Source: Balanoglossus misakiensis | Taxonomy: Eukaryota > Animalia > Hemichordata | DNA length: 64,000 nucleotides | Assembly (NCBI GenBank): GCA_040954595.2 | Contig: CM082579.2 | Coordinates: forward strand, 926,922 to 990,921 | Reading direction: 5' to 3' | Part shown: positions 1-13,000 of the stretch, in pieces | Layout: each line of letters opens with the position of its first letter | Position numbering within the stretch: the stretch's first letter is position 1 | Notes under the pieces: generated by a model | The model's input: the letters and a program-made list of their open reading frames with translations, nothing else | The model's database searches: none | Told to the model about the DNA's origin: nothing | Made by a program: the position numbers and the translations under genes

Positions 1-1049
1 CCACCCTACATTTACTGAATGCAAACTCACATACTACTTTTTGTATGCCAGACAAATAGCATTCTCTCACTGTTCCAAGTGAGCTGCCCAATGCACAAGT
101 CACTCAACACCAGAAGTCTTTGTAACAAGCAAGTGCAAATGGACCCAAGCATCTTTTGTGTCCTGTGGCTAAATTTAGACCATGCATGCAAAACACAGAT
201 TTTAGCCACCATACACCAATGACCTTGCAATACAAAAGACAAGTATCTGGGGCAGAAAATCTAGCCATGATGGTAAACCACAATTGTCTCATAGGACGTT
301 ACAACTTTCAAACATGTGCTTGCACAACTTCACAGATTCGTCTGACAATGAAATAAACAATCACAGACAACCTTTCCACCAGACTGCAGCAAGTCAACTG
401 ATGTTATAGTCAAATGGACTAATTGTGTTGTAATGTGTTTATTGTTGTGTCTTTCCTTATTATTAATACAGTGTTTCTTCTTTTGTCTTTATGTTGTATC
501 ACCTGTATGTTTTTGGTCCGTGCACCTCTGAAACTAACAGACTTCTTATAAGGTAAGGTCATCCTCTTTTTCATGGAACATGTATGTCATTACTCAATAA
601 AAATCCACCATTAGTGTAGATAAACCTCCTCATCTCGATTTCTGTTACTGTCAGTTGAGTGGAAACTGTTTCGTATGTACATATTGCAAGCTCTTTCACT
701 TCCCTGTTGCTGGTTCCATCATCGTGTGATTTGGGTGTTTGTAAAACTCTGATGAGTTCAGTCAAGCCAGCCTACAATGATCAATTAAATTGCTGTGATG
801 CCAGGTGATCTAGCCTAGCTGTAGGTTCCACCAGACTCTTCTTCGTAGAACATAAGGCTGCAGTTATAGAAAACACCCAAGGAGCAGTGTGTGTCTATCT
901 GTACGGTTGTGCATTTCATCCAAACCAGGTTCCCTCCTATACATGTTCAAGTAAAGGCCAAAGATACATTGTTATGTTTTCTTCAGGATTTTGGTATTTC
1001 ACCTCCAGAATTTTAAATTGACCATCTGCTGTTATTTCTTTTTTTACAG

Positions 1050-4000
1050 GGACGTAAATAAACTTGAAGAAGAAGCTGACAGACAACTTAAAAATGTGAG
1101 TACAACTCATCAGTATGGTTGTATCAAAGAGAAACAATACTCACAAGAATGTTCTTTGGTTTTACGGTGTTCAAATGAGTCTGGAATACGAGGGATTCAA
1201 GTTGTTATTTTGTAACCATTTGATCTTCAAGGAGACAGTTGAATTTGATTTGGAATGCCAACAAGCCATTTCTGGAATATATTCTTCCCACCAGGAAGCA
1301 GGCTATTTACATATTTTCAGGTCTTTGTTATAAAAAGTCTTAGCACAAACTAATGTCACAAGCAAGTAGGTTTTTAGAAGTTAATTATAAGGTTTTTCAT
1401 TTTTAAAAGGAACTACACTTTCATTTGTAAACCTCGTAACATAAATTTAAAGAATGCAAAGAATGTACTTCATTTCTCATTAAAGTAATGACGTTGTGTG
1501 TGAAAATAACAAAGTCCTTCAAACTTTTATTAAACGGTAACAAGTTTCATGTTGTTGATATTTCAACCTCAAGTCTGACATTTCAATTTAAACCCTGTCC
1601 TTTCCACCTTCACCTTTTCTGAAGGTTTGGCATTTGATATTTGGTGATCTAAAGTTACAGTTTGTACCCTAAATGTTTAAAAGGCTGGGGAGGGTCAGTT
1701 TTTGGTGTATGGTGTCCTTCAACTTGTTTCAGGGAGTGTTGTGTACTACTTATTCTGGAACATTATACCTTGCCATTAAATAAACAGGAAATTATTTTTC
1801 TTAAAGAAGCTTCTGGTATATCTCATCAGAAATACCTTATGACACTGTACCAGTAACCTTATTTTGATTCATTGAGTATGTTTCCATGGTGATGCTTTTT
1901 AATGGTATTTGTACAGACTAAATTGTATTGTGATCTTGTTTAGTGATCAGGCAAGCAATTTGTAGGGGAAAAAAGGTAAACATGTAACAGTTTCTTACAA
2001 CAACAAAAACGCCTAGTTTCTGATTAGGTACTCTCTGATTGGTGATATCAACAGTCACACCCAATTATAACTGTAACACTCTGAGGAATTTACCCTGGGA
2101 AGGTTGTAATCTTTCGGCTTGTTTACACAGTAAAATACCAAGGTCTTCTCTGAACATTACCTCTGGTACTTTACTTAACTGTTGTCTTAATCTGTTTTCT
2201 TCAGTGGTGTAACAAAATTCTGATAAGATGTTTCTTTTTGGCCCGAACGACATGAACTCATGAATTATTCTCTTTCCCTTTCTGCAGGTGTGTATCACTA
2301 TATTCTGGCTAGGAAAAACTGCCGCTAAACTCAAGAAGTATCGTTTTCCAAAGTTGAATTTAGGTGCATTTGCACAGTTGTTGTCGCCGGCAGATTTAGC
2401 TGAGGTAAGTCGACGTCTATGGCTCTCTTATGCAACAAGTGGGACTATGTATTGCATAATAATTGTTTCCATAGTGAATATCAACATTTTCCTATCACAG
2501 TCTTCTTAAGGTTTGTGTTGGTAATTAGTTAGATTTAATGCTGTCTTATGTTCACCTCCAGGACCCAACGTCTCCTAGCAACAGTATAGACAGTGCAGCA
2601 TCACCAGTGCACAGTCCAGGCTCATCATTTGATCACACAGACAGACACTTCAACCACGTGAAGATGGAACCGTCATATAGGAGTAACCGCTACTCAGGAA
2701 TGTACGATTACAACTACAGTCGAGAAAACGGTTACCAGGACGATAATGCAAACAAAACAGGTGATGAGAATGAAGTCACCCCGCAACAGAAACAAAAAGA
2801 TGATTACGGAAAAAGGCGATACAGTATGCCTGTGACCTACAGTCATCCAAAGCCTCAACAGTTTATTGTGGCTGCAAAAATTGAACACACAAGGCAACCT
2901 TCACAGGAGAAGGAATATACCCATTCCAGACCAAGGAAAGGGGATTATGGAGAACCGGATGAGACTTTTGAATTGCTAGGAAGACAGAAAAAAGTCGTTG
3001 ACGAGGATCAGAATTCGTGGATGTCGGTAAGGCTACTCTAAACTTGCATGTTGATAATTTCTCTGATGAGCAAAGTATGTTGGACCTTGTGAGAATGGGA
3101 CATACATGTATCCCCCTGTTAATGCCATGCTGAATGAAACACTGTTTTTGTGGTATAATTTTCTTGACAGAGCCTTAGTTCTTGGAAAACGAAGAGAATT
3201 AAAGCGACATCCACAGCCAGAGAACGGAAAGCAGAACTTGAACAAACAGAACAAGAAGAAAGTCGAAGCAGAGGAGGAAACAAAACATTTGCACAAATGT
3301 TAGAAGACAGGTGAGTTTAATAAAAACACATTTAGTCATACAAACAGGGTTGCACTTGTAGTCATTTGACCAGCTGGTATGGTGTGTCACAAATGTTATA
3401 ATACATAATTTCTTTTGGTGCTGTGGTCAATGCAACAACTGTGGTCAGTCATTACTTCGACTTTTATTGTTTGTTGTTCAGAGAACACAGAGAAAGGACA
3501 ATAGCAGCAATAGTGAACAAAGAAGAAGATGAGACTCGAGAAGAGTTGAACAAAATTTTGACAGAAGTTCCACTGGAATACAACTCTGACAGTGAGCATG
3601 GAAGTCAAAAGAATATTCCCATCACTCATGAACCAGAACCAGAGGTATGTGTTTCTTCAAGAAATTTCTGGTATATCAGGAAATACAACCCATTTTTCAT
3701 CTTTAAAGTTTGGACTGCACTGACACCTTTCTTATACATCTCTGTATTGAAATGAATAATCCTTTTCTTTCAGACAGATCAGTTTCACACAGATTTTTCA
3801 CTCAATATTGTCAGGATTTCATTGTAATAAGCCAATGAGCTCTCTTTGAATGTTGTACTCTTTGACTTCAGTTCTTTTTCAGTCTTGTTCTTCAGTTTCT
3901 TTCATTTTCCATGTGTCCAACCTGACTACTTTATCCACAGGAACCCAAAAGAGGTTATTACAGTAGTAGTTTGTATGGGAGAACACCCAGATATGCACCC

Positions 4001-7000
4001 GAGACCGCTAAACGATACGCTCCAGAGAGAAGTGCGCCCTCAGTGACTGTATCACAACCAAAACGGGCGCCACCAGTAGTAGCTCCTCGAAGAGTAAGCA
4101 ATTACCATGGTGATACGCTTGTTTCATCAGAATGTGAAATACCCTCAATATGTATGAATGTACTCAGTACACAAAAATATTAAGACATGCTCCAAATCAG
4201 GCAATATTTTCAGTGTGATGATTGGCAGATGAACAGACAACACCTGTGGTTACAACTGCTTCAGCCAATCAGAACAGTTGTGGCCTCAAGTTGGCTTTAC
4301 ATTGACCAGTCGTCAGTCGTCATATGAGAAATATTAGTACTTGATGTCAATTATTATGACTTTTTCCTGCGCCATTACTGCTTGGCCAACACTTGCTATG
4401 CAACTGGCAATGCTAAGACAATGACTATGAACGCAGAGTTGCATAGCAGTGATCAAGTTTAAACTGAGATATCTGTACAGCTCTTGTATTGCCCTAACAC
4501 TGCAGTAGCTAACTCCTGAGATGCAAGATAGATGCATGGGCCTGTTTCAGAAAATGTTTCCAATTGCTTTCAATCAGAAAGAAAGTTCTGATGTTCCTAT
4601 GAGATCTGTGTATGGCTTGCTATCCGTAATCACCATAAGCTTTAATTCATCCTTCACAGGACTGTGACCCTTGCCTGTGTGAGTTTCAATATAGAAACAG
4701 CAAAATCTACACATACACATCTAATGCTAATCGTCAATGTAATTTTTTTCCACAGAGAGCACCATTGGCTATTTTCTCCCAAACTTGTCATCTAACATTG
4801 CTTTTTACCCAGCTGTGATAATCCTGACAATTTGCCTTCTGTCTTCCTACAACATGCATAATGGTTTGACTTTAAGGTACTACACCAGCATGTTATTAAA
4901 ACCACTCATCTAGATTGCAGCTGTCTTGATCCATCAGAATTTCTGCCCTGACTTCTCAATTTCTGTTGGTAGTTTCAGAGAAGGGAACCATCACCTGTGG
5001 AGAACAGACCTGCTCTTGATAGATCATTAGGCACAACCAAACCAGTCATCATCAAATCATTTGAAGCACCCACACAAAGCCAGCCCCCTGAAAGGTCAGC
5101 TCAGGTCAGGAGACCTGTGGAAAGCAGATATTCAGATCAAGACACTGAGGTGAAACCAGCTGAACGAAGGCCATATGAAAGTCGGTATTCTGAACCACCG
5201 TCTTACAGTCGAAAATCAGCAGAGGAACCCAGACAGCCAACACAGTGGAGGGAACCTCCAGAGGAACCAAGGCAACAGGATGTTGCTAGGAAACCAGCTG
5301 ATGTTGATGTGAATTCTCTGAAAACAGCAGAGAAGAGGAGAGTGAGTTCTGGTATCAAAGATCGGTTGGCGGCTCTGAGTTCAAGTCAGCAACCCAAAGA
5401 GGAAAGTAGGAGATTGGTAAGGATTTCTCTTGTCCGTGCATTTTGGCTCCTGTACTCTGGTTTGCCACCAGAGGTCCCTCTCCTGTTAGCCTTTCTCATG
5501 TCCAAATGTAATCTGATAATCTGTATATACTAGGTCACTGTGTGCTGATATTTCAGATATCATGATATTGTTCCCTATTCACAGGAGGCTTTCAATGAGA
5601 TGACAATTTGCATCAACCAGAGACCAAACAATGAGCGTGGGTTTGGTTTCAGTATCAGTGGTGGCGTTGATGAAGACAGACCAGTTGTGGTGGAAAAGGT
5701 GGTACTAGGTAAGACTTAGTTGTTTGCCCTGCAAGTGAACACAAAAATGTTCACAAAATAATGTTGCTTCCAGTTTTAGGTAATGGTCACAACCAGCTCT
5801 TCTTTGCCTCTGATTTTTCTCTGACCCTGAGGTACACTTGCTCATTACGAACTTTATTTCAACAGGTGGGTCAGCTGATATCTGTGAGCTGTGTACTGGT
5901 GATGAAATCATTTCCATCAACCATCATCCTGTCGCTAATCTTTCCCATGATGCTGCTGTTAAAGCCATCGGAAGGGCTGTTGTCACTGGCAACCTCCAGC
6001 TTAAAATCCGTCGCTATGGTGAAAGAGGTTAGTTATCACCATTATGTCCATCTAGCTAGCAAGATCTTGTCATCTGTATATGATATACAATATCATTAGG
6101 TAGTCTTTGTACTGTACATGCGTTCTGGAAATGAAATGTCAAGGTGAGTAAATGATGTCACTCTGTCATCTGTCTGTCTCACTTGTATCTATAATGTAGA
6201 TTCTGAAGACAGCCAATCATATCGCATGAAAATCCAGATGCCACCTGTTGAGGAGGCTAAGCAGCCAATTGAAAGTGTTTCTCCGAGACAGAGAGAACAA
6301 AGAAGAGTGGAGTCTCCAACACGACCTGTTGCTGCAACCAGAACACATCAAGTAGAAGTAGCACCACCAAGAGTTGAAACACAACCGCAGCATATTCCTG
6401 ACCCTGTCCGTACGGAAGAACGACCAGAGCCAGTCAAGAGAGTGGAACAGCAATACCAGTATTCACCAATCGGTGCAGAAGACATCAAAGTAGATGCACC
6501 CAAGCCTGTGGCAGCATCTCGTCACCCTGTCACTGCTCCGATACCAGTTGAAGAAAAGATCCAACCAAGCAAGATGGTGGAGACAGAATCTGAAAAGCCA
6601 GTTGAAGCGGCTCCTAAGAAAGATGACAGAATTCGGTTCGTCAGTCGACCCATAAGCAAACCAAAGTTTGAAGTGAAGCCACTGACTTTTGACATCACCA
6701 AATCACCACCAAGGAAACCTGAGCCTTTAAAGGTGAGATGACTGTGTCCTAGCAACCAGTAGCCATGGTTACATCACTATAAATATCAAGCATTTTACAA
6801 TTTTTACAAGACATATGGGAAATCAAGGGATGTTCATGTCATGCATGTGTTTATTTTATAATTTGGGGAATTGCAGTCAAGATTGTGACCATAGCAACCA
6901 TTATAAATTGCTCTCATCAAAAGACAAGAAACTGACCTGAATACTGTATTTGTCTGTTTGTTTGTTTGTTTGCAATAAAAAGCTTCTCACCAGTGATGAT

Positions 7001-10000
7001 GATACTGACGATTTATTGTTTTATGGAGAGGTGAGTATGGTGTTATGCGGATTAAAAACGCTGCCATCATGGTCTTCTGTAAGCGCTGTCAAAGTGATCT
7101 TGCACATAAATCTTTCAGATGATTGGTGTTAAGATTGAACTCAATAACTGCACTTAATGGCTTTCATTGGTGTTGGGTTCTTGTCTTGCTGGTGTAATTG
7201 TAAACTCATTTCCTACATTTTTCATTCATTTAATATGAAACTCTCTTCACCTATTCTCCCACTGATACAAAGTTATTGCTCTTTCTTTCAAACAAAAATT
7301 GCAAATTAAAAGACTTTCTTAACCTACACAACAGTTGACAATTGCCTGTTGCGCTTTCTTCCACACAGTGTAAACATCTTGCTAAATTTAACTGACTACG
7401 GTGTATCATGCAAAACAGCTGTATTAGTTTTCATTATTTTAATCCAATCTGTTTTACTGTGGTATGCCTTCTATTAAAACTCAGTCTCAGACTAAGATCA
7501 TCATTGTAACTGATATTTATGTAACTTATGCCATTCTCTCACATAACTTGAAGTACCCCGGTAATGATCTTTGACCTTGAAGGATGCTTCCATCTGGTGA
7601 CCTTGTGTTTGTGTATATTCATATAATCATGTGAAGCACCCCAAAATTACTAAATGTTAAAATTTTCATCTAGCAAGGTGCCATTTTGGCTATTGCTGAC
7701 AAAGCGTTGCTGTGGTTTAACATTAATGTTGCCTCCCTACTAAAACGTGTGTTCAATCTGAGATATCTTCTGAGTACCCTTGTGAGTAACTTCTTTGCAG
7801 ACTTGAAGTTGTTCTTCGGGTTAAACTTCTGGAGATTCTGTTGTGTTGGCAGGGTGGAGATTCTGTCGGGGAGCTCAGTCCCTCAGAGGAAGAACGACTA
7901 GAACGGGAAATCATGGAACAGTTGGAGAAAGAAGAAGAAGAAGCAAGACGACAAGAAGAAATGCACAAGAAAATTGAAGAAGATGAGCATCATCATCGCA
8001 AGGAGGTAATGGTTTGGTAAAAAAGGGATTAACAGATACACCAGCAAAATAATTGGACTCGTAGTGCGTTCATTTGGAAAGAACCCCATGGATTTGATCG
8101 AAATAAGTCCTTGTCACTAAAAAAAGTTACTTGATTTGGCAAGGATATCAGAGATTCTATATTGTTAATATTTAAAAACCATTTTTTGTTGTGCAGAGTG
8201 AAGCAGACGATGAACCACCACCATTACCAAGTCAGCCACCACCCAACATGATCGGCAAAGCACCGAAAAGAGAGCGGGGCCGAGAAGTCGTCAAACGTGA
8301 GATCTGGAAACGCAGAAATGATTTCTTCCGTAAGCCCGCTGACTTGAGCTGTATGCCAGTGTTTGCCTTTCCAGGTAGAGTCAGTAGAGAACAGAGCCAA
8401 AATGACTTGACTCTTGACAGTAATGACAATAACTCTGACATGTACTGCAGCAGTAAGATTTGGCATCAATCTTTTGCAAGCTATGAATATCTTTGTTATA
8501 TTTCTATAATCGTTATTCACCCTTTTTGCTTTTTCTTTCTGCAATTCACTCCCTTGATATTTTACTTATTTTCTATATTCTGCATAAAATTGGTGTCTAT
8601 GTGGTTGGCTTTGTGCTTTCTTCCTGTTAACTTTGTTCTAGTGCGATTTTATTTTCTGCTCTTTAAGCATAAAGTCTTGGTGAATCTGTCCGCTAATGTA
8701 TCGGTGGCTAAAAGTGCCTGTTTTCTGTTGCATTCCATGTCAACAGTTATTGTCAGTTACTGTGCGTTGGCGCTTATTTCGCCACAGTCATGATCAACAA
8801 AAACAACAACAACAACAATCAACCATGATGACGATGCTGTTTCACCGACATGCATGATGGACTGTGCTCTACTAATCCTGCCTGTGTTTCCGTAGTAACG
8901 GATTTCATACAGATCATCTATACGCCATGATCTCCGAGATGAGAAAACAAAAAAACAAATGATCTTTACAAGTTAAACCATCAATGTAGAATTTGCATAG
9001 TGTTCCATCTGTAACTTGTAAGTATACAAACACAACTGTCCTGCCAGAAGCCTACCCCCATCCTCTTTCCCTAAATACCGGTAGTTGGCTGATCCCAGTA
9101 ACAAAATGGAAGCTGCTTTTCAAGAAATGAAGAGATGAATAAATATGTAGGATGGACGCATGTATTATAACACAAGTCAGGATTTCATTGCATGATATCA
9201 ATCCTACCTTGCTCACAGAGTTTTATTTATTTTTTGAAGTATTAACATTTCATGAGTGATGAACAGTAATATCGTCCCAAAAATTAACTTTGTAACATTC
9301 TAAATCATAGCGTGATTGAACGAATAGTTAAATGTTTAAAAAGTTTTTGGATATGCAAGTATGATTTTTGCAATTGAAACTGTACACCCATTATTTTGTG
9401 ATGATAATGCCAAACTTTTGCCATGGTAACACCCATTGCATTGTATTGTACTCTATGGAATATTAATTTGAGTTTTTGAATTGTCTATGTTGAAGAATTC
9501 AGGATAAACATAACATTTTATATCCCTTTATCACCCTTTTAGTATAAAAAAGATATCCACAACAAAAGTAAGAAATAATGTACCCGGTAATAGAGAAAAG
9601 TTAATACACTACAATTGAACTTGTTATATGAGTTGTGCAGCTTACTTTATAACCCCGTATATAACTTTTACTTTTTTCCACTTTTTATCTGAAAAATTAA
9701 CAGCTGATGAAGAAGATAAAGAAAATGTTGATAAGCCAGTGGTTGTCACGGAAACTAAAGGTGTGAATGATGATGTTGAGGCACTATGGAAACAGGTTGA
9801 GAAGATGCCAGCCAAGAAAGCAGAGGATAAACAGCAAGAGAAAGTTTCGGAACTATTTGCAGATTTACCTCCGTTGCAAACACCCACAAAACGATTTGAC
9901 ATCGAAGAGGAACGAAGGAAGCTAGAAAAATGGCAGGAAGCACAAGATGAACATCGGCGCCAGAAATATCTGACGGAAAGAAAGCGACTGCAGGATAAGT

Positions 10001-13000
10001 ATCTGAAAGATCTGGAGAGAATTCATGAGGAGATGGTGAGAAACAGAGAGATGGAACGGGAGAAACTCTTGCAATATGAGGAGGAGCTTTTCCGACATGA
10101 ATCTGGTCCTCGTGCTCAGCAAGAAGCGCAGTGGAGACGGGCGGAATTTGAACGAGAACAACAACGACGTGAAGATGAATACCAACTGAGAAAAGCTGAC
10201 CTGATGGCCGTGTATGAAAAAGATCAACAGAGATTAGCAGAAGAGGAACACTTTGAAACTCAAGAAGATAAACTGAAACATGAAGAAAATGCCTGGACTC
10301 TTGAAAAGGACAGAGAAGAAGACAAGAAACAAGAAATTGAAGTGAAAAAGAAACATATTGAGAGAAAGAGAAGGAGAACACAGGAGCTGGATGTTGAGAA
10401 GATACGCCTTGAAGCTGAGGCACAGTTGAAGAAAGAATGGGAGGAACTAGAGAAAGAAAAGGCCAGGCAACAAGAGAGAGAGAAATTGGCACAGGAGAAA
10501 CTGGAAACAATACGCAGAGAACAAGACATGTTGGGAAGACAGAGACGAGAACTAGAGAAAATTCAAGAAGAAGAAAGAAGACAACTGGAAGCAGAGAGGA
10601 GTAAGTTGCATCGAGGCCCAGCTCCGCTTGCAGTCAATTTGATGCCCAGAGAGACATACTCCAAGTTTGCAGCTCTCAACAGGGAATCAAGCAAGAACGA
10701 ACCCTCGAAACACTCACCACAGACTAAACCACAGAAGTCATTATTGAAGAAAAGCAAAGCTGAAGAGAAAGTTGAAGCAGAGACCAGAAAGCCTGTCGTG
10801 CCACAGAGCAATCTCGCAAACAAAAACGCTTACAACCAATTTGCTGCAATTCCTCATGGAGAAGATGAGGTCTTCCATCCTCAGCCACAAGAACTGCCGC
10901 CTCCAACGAAGCAATCCTACATTCTCGAGAGTCATCCCACTGTCCCTTCTCCAAAACCTTCAACGTCACCCAACGTCATGGCGGCTGAACAACCAGTGAA
11001 GAAAGAACGACCATTCCTGACCCAGGCACAGTATGAGCCAGCGTACAACAAATACTACCAGCAACCACCAAAGGAACTACCAGAAAGAGATGTTGACTAT
11101 CACAGGGTTGCTCCTGAAAAACCACCACACACACAGGCACCAGTGCCACAACAAAGAGGGCGTAAAGAAGCCCCTGGTGAGAAGAGGGTACCACCAGAGA
11201 GAGATTTTGCTCCCAAACATTCACTCATGTCAAAATATAGAGGTAGGTCTTCAGGAAACTCAATGAAGCATTCTAATACCATTGTGTGTTCAGACCTTGC
11301 TGTTGTTCACAGTAGGTGATTCAAATCCAAAAGTTTACAGTAGTTAATGTCACTGATCAACTGTTTCTATAGCATCACTTAATCATTGTCTTTCTGTAAA
11401 CAGATGAAACAGCTCCAAGTGGCCAACACTGGCTTGTAGAGGAAGCTGAGAGGAGGAGAAGAGCAGAGAGGGAAGGTTATGACAGAGGATCCCCATATGA
11501 GATCACTCCACCCAGGAAAACCAGTCCGATGCCTGCAGAGAAGCCACAAAGAGATGTGCCTCCACCAACAGAGATGAGGTACGATGAACGCTACATGTAC
11601 GCTCCACCAGAGAGGGATACAGCACAGAGACAGGCTTATGAGAACCAGACCAGGATGAGACCACAGCAGAGGGAGACCAAAGCAGAGAGACAACAGAAAT
11701 TACAAAAGAGACGCACAGTTCATGAAATGGAACCTGACAATAGGGCAAAGGAATGGACAGACATTGAGAGGAGACAGAGGAGTCTGGATGATAGTGAACG
11801 CAGACCGCAATCTCTGCAAGGTCCTTACAGTAACTCTGCGGAGAATCTTCTTCAACACGGTGCCAAGAAAAATAAGGGTCCTCTTCCTGATTCTGTTATT
11901 CAGGTGAGTTGTGACTGACATGGAAGCTGACAGAAATGGTCTTCTTTTCAGTTGTGTGGCAGTGTCATTGGACACATGAGCACCATGTGATTGGTCTGAT
12001 GCATGCATGTGACATGTCATTCACAGAGCATGTTAGGTGCTCAGAATCATGTGGCATGCATGTGAACAACCTGTGACAAACATGATGTACTAGTTAGTAT
12101 ATCATTCAGTGAAATGCCTAGAATCTTATGGCAGGCATGTCACTGAATGTCAACAATTCATCCAATTATTTTGACATCTGTACAGAACCTGACAAACAGA
12201 ACTGGCAACAAGCATCCCAGATCACAACCACCACTGGCATCACCTCAACGATATCCCTACCCATCTCAACCACCAACTGCGGCAGTTCCTCCTGCGCCAG
12301 CTCCGGGAAAACAGCCAGGAAATCGGTCTGTGAGTGGGAAAGTCCTGTGTACTAGATGTGGGAAACATCTCGGGAAAGGTGCAGCCATGATTATTGAATC
12401 ACTGGGGCTTCACTTCCATATGCAGTGTTTTAAGGTTGGTATGGGTTTTGACTCTGCCTTGTATATGTGCAAGATGATTGTGTGTTTATGTGTCTTTCTG
12501 TATATGTGTTTTGCAGAAGTTGGCAGAATACAAGTTTGTCAATAGTGTTCTGTCAGGTTTCCTCAATAGAAACAATTCACTCGGAATATATCCAGAAGTT
12601 AAGAATAGTTTCAGTGCGAGTGGAAAGTTTAATCACCCTGTAATATTGTATGTGTGGTGGTGTCTATTATTTTTCTTGCAGTGTTGTGTGTGTAACGTAC
12701 AGCTAGGGAATGGTGCAAAGGGAACAGATGTCAGGATCCGAGCTTCCAGACTTCACTGCCAGAACTGTTACAGTAATGATGCAGGTATTGCTGCCTGTAG
12801 TGCAACGTACACAGAAGTCACCCTGAAACTAACATATCCCACCACCCACCCACCCCTACAAAACAACAATAGTAGAACCCATCTCATTCAGTTCAGGTTA
12901 TACCATTGTTGTTTGTAGGATGATGTAGTGTTCACCATAATATTACTAACTTGGTGAGGACCTTCCATTCACAGAACAGAATGAGATTTTGTTGTGGCCA

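Noticed and set aside
4660-4678. Tiny AG...GTGAGT-bounded segment in an LMO7-like intron
   Set aside because: 19 nt and frame-shifting between phase-0 exons; no other support.
9642-12020. Many minus-strand ORFs up to 251 aa
   Set aside because: Antisense shadows of the purine-rich coiled-coil exons of the LMO7-like gene; S/F/L-rich with no domain.
12785-12918. Intron read-through giving a C-terminus ending HCCL (prenylation-like)
   Set aside because: Not a true CaaX (position -4 is His), and a good donor at 12785 explains the frame.
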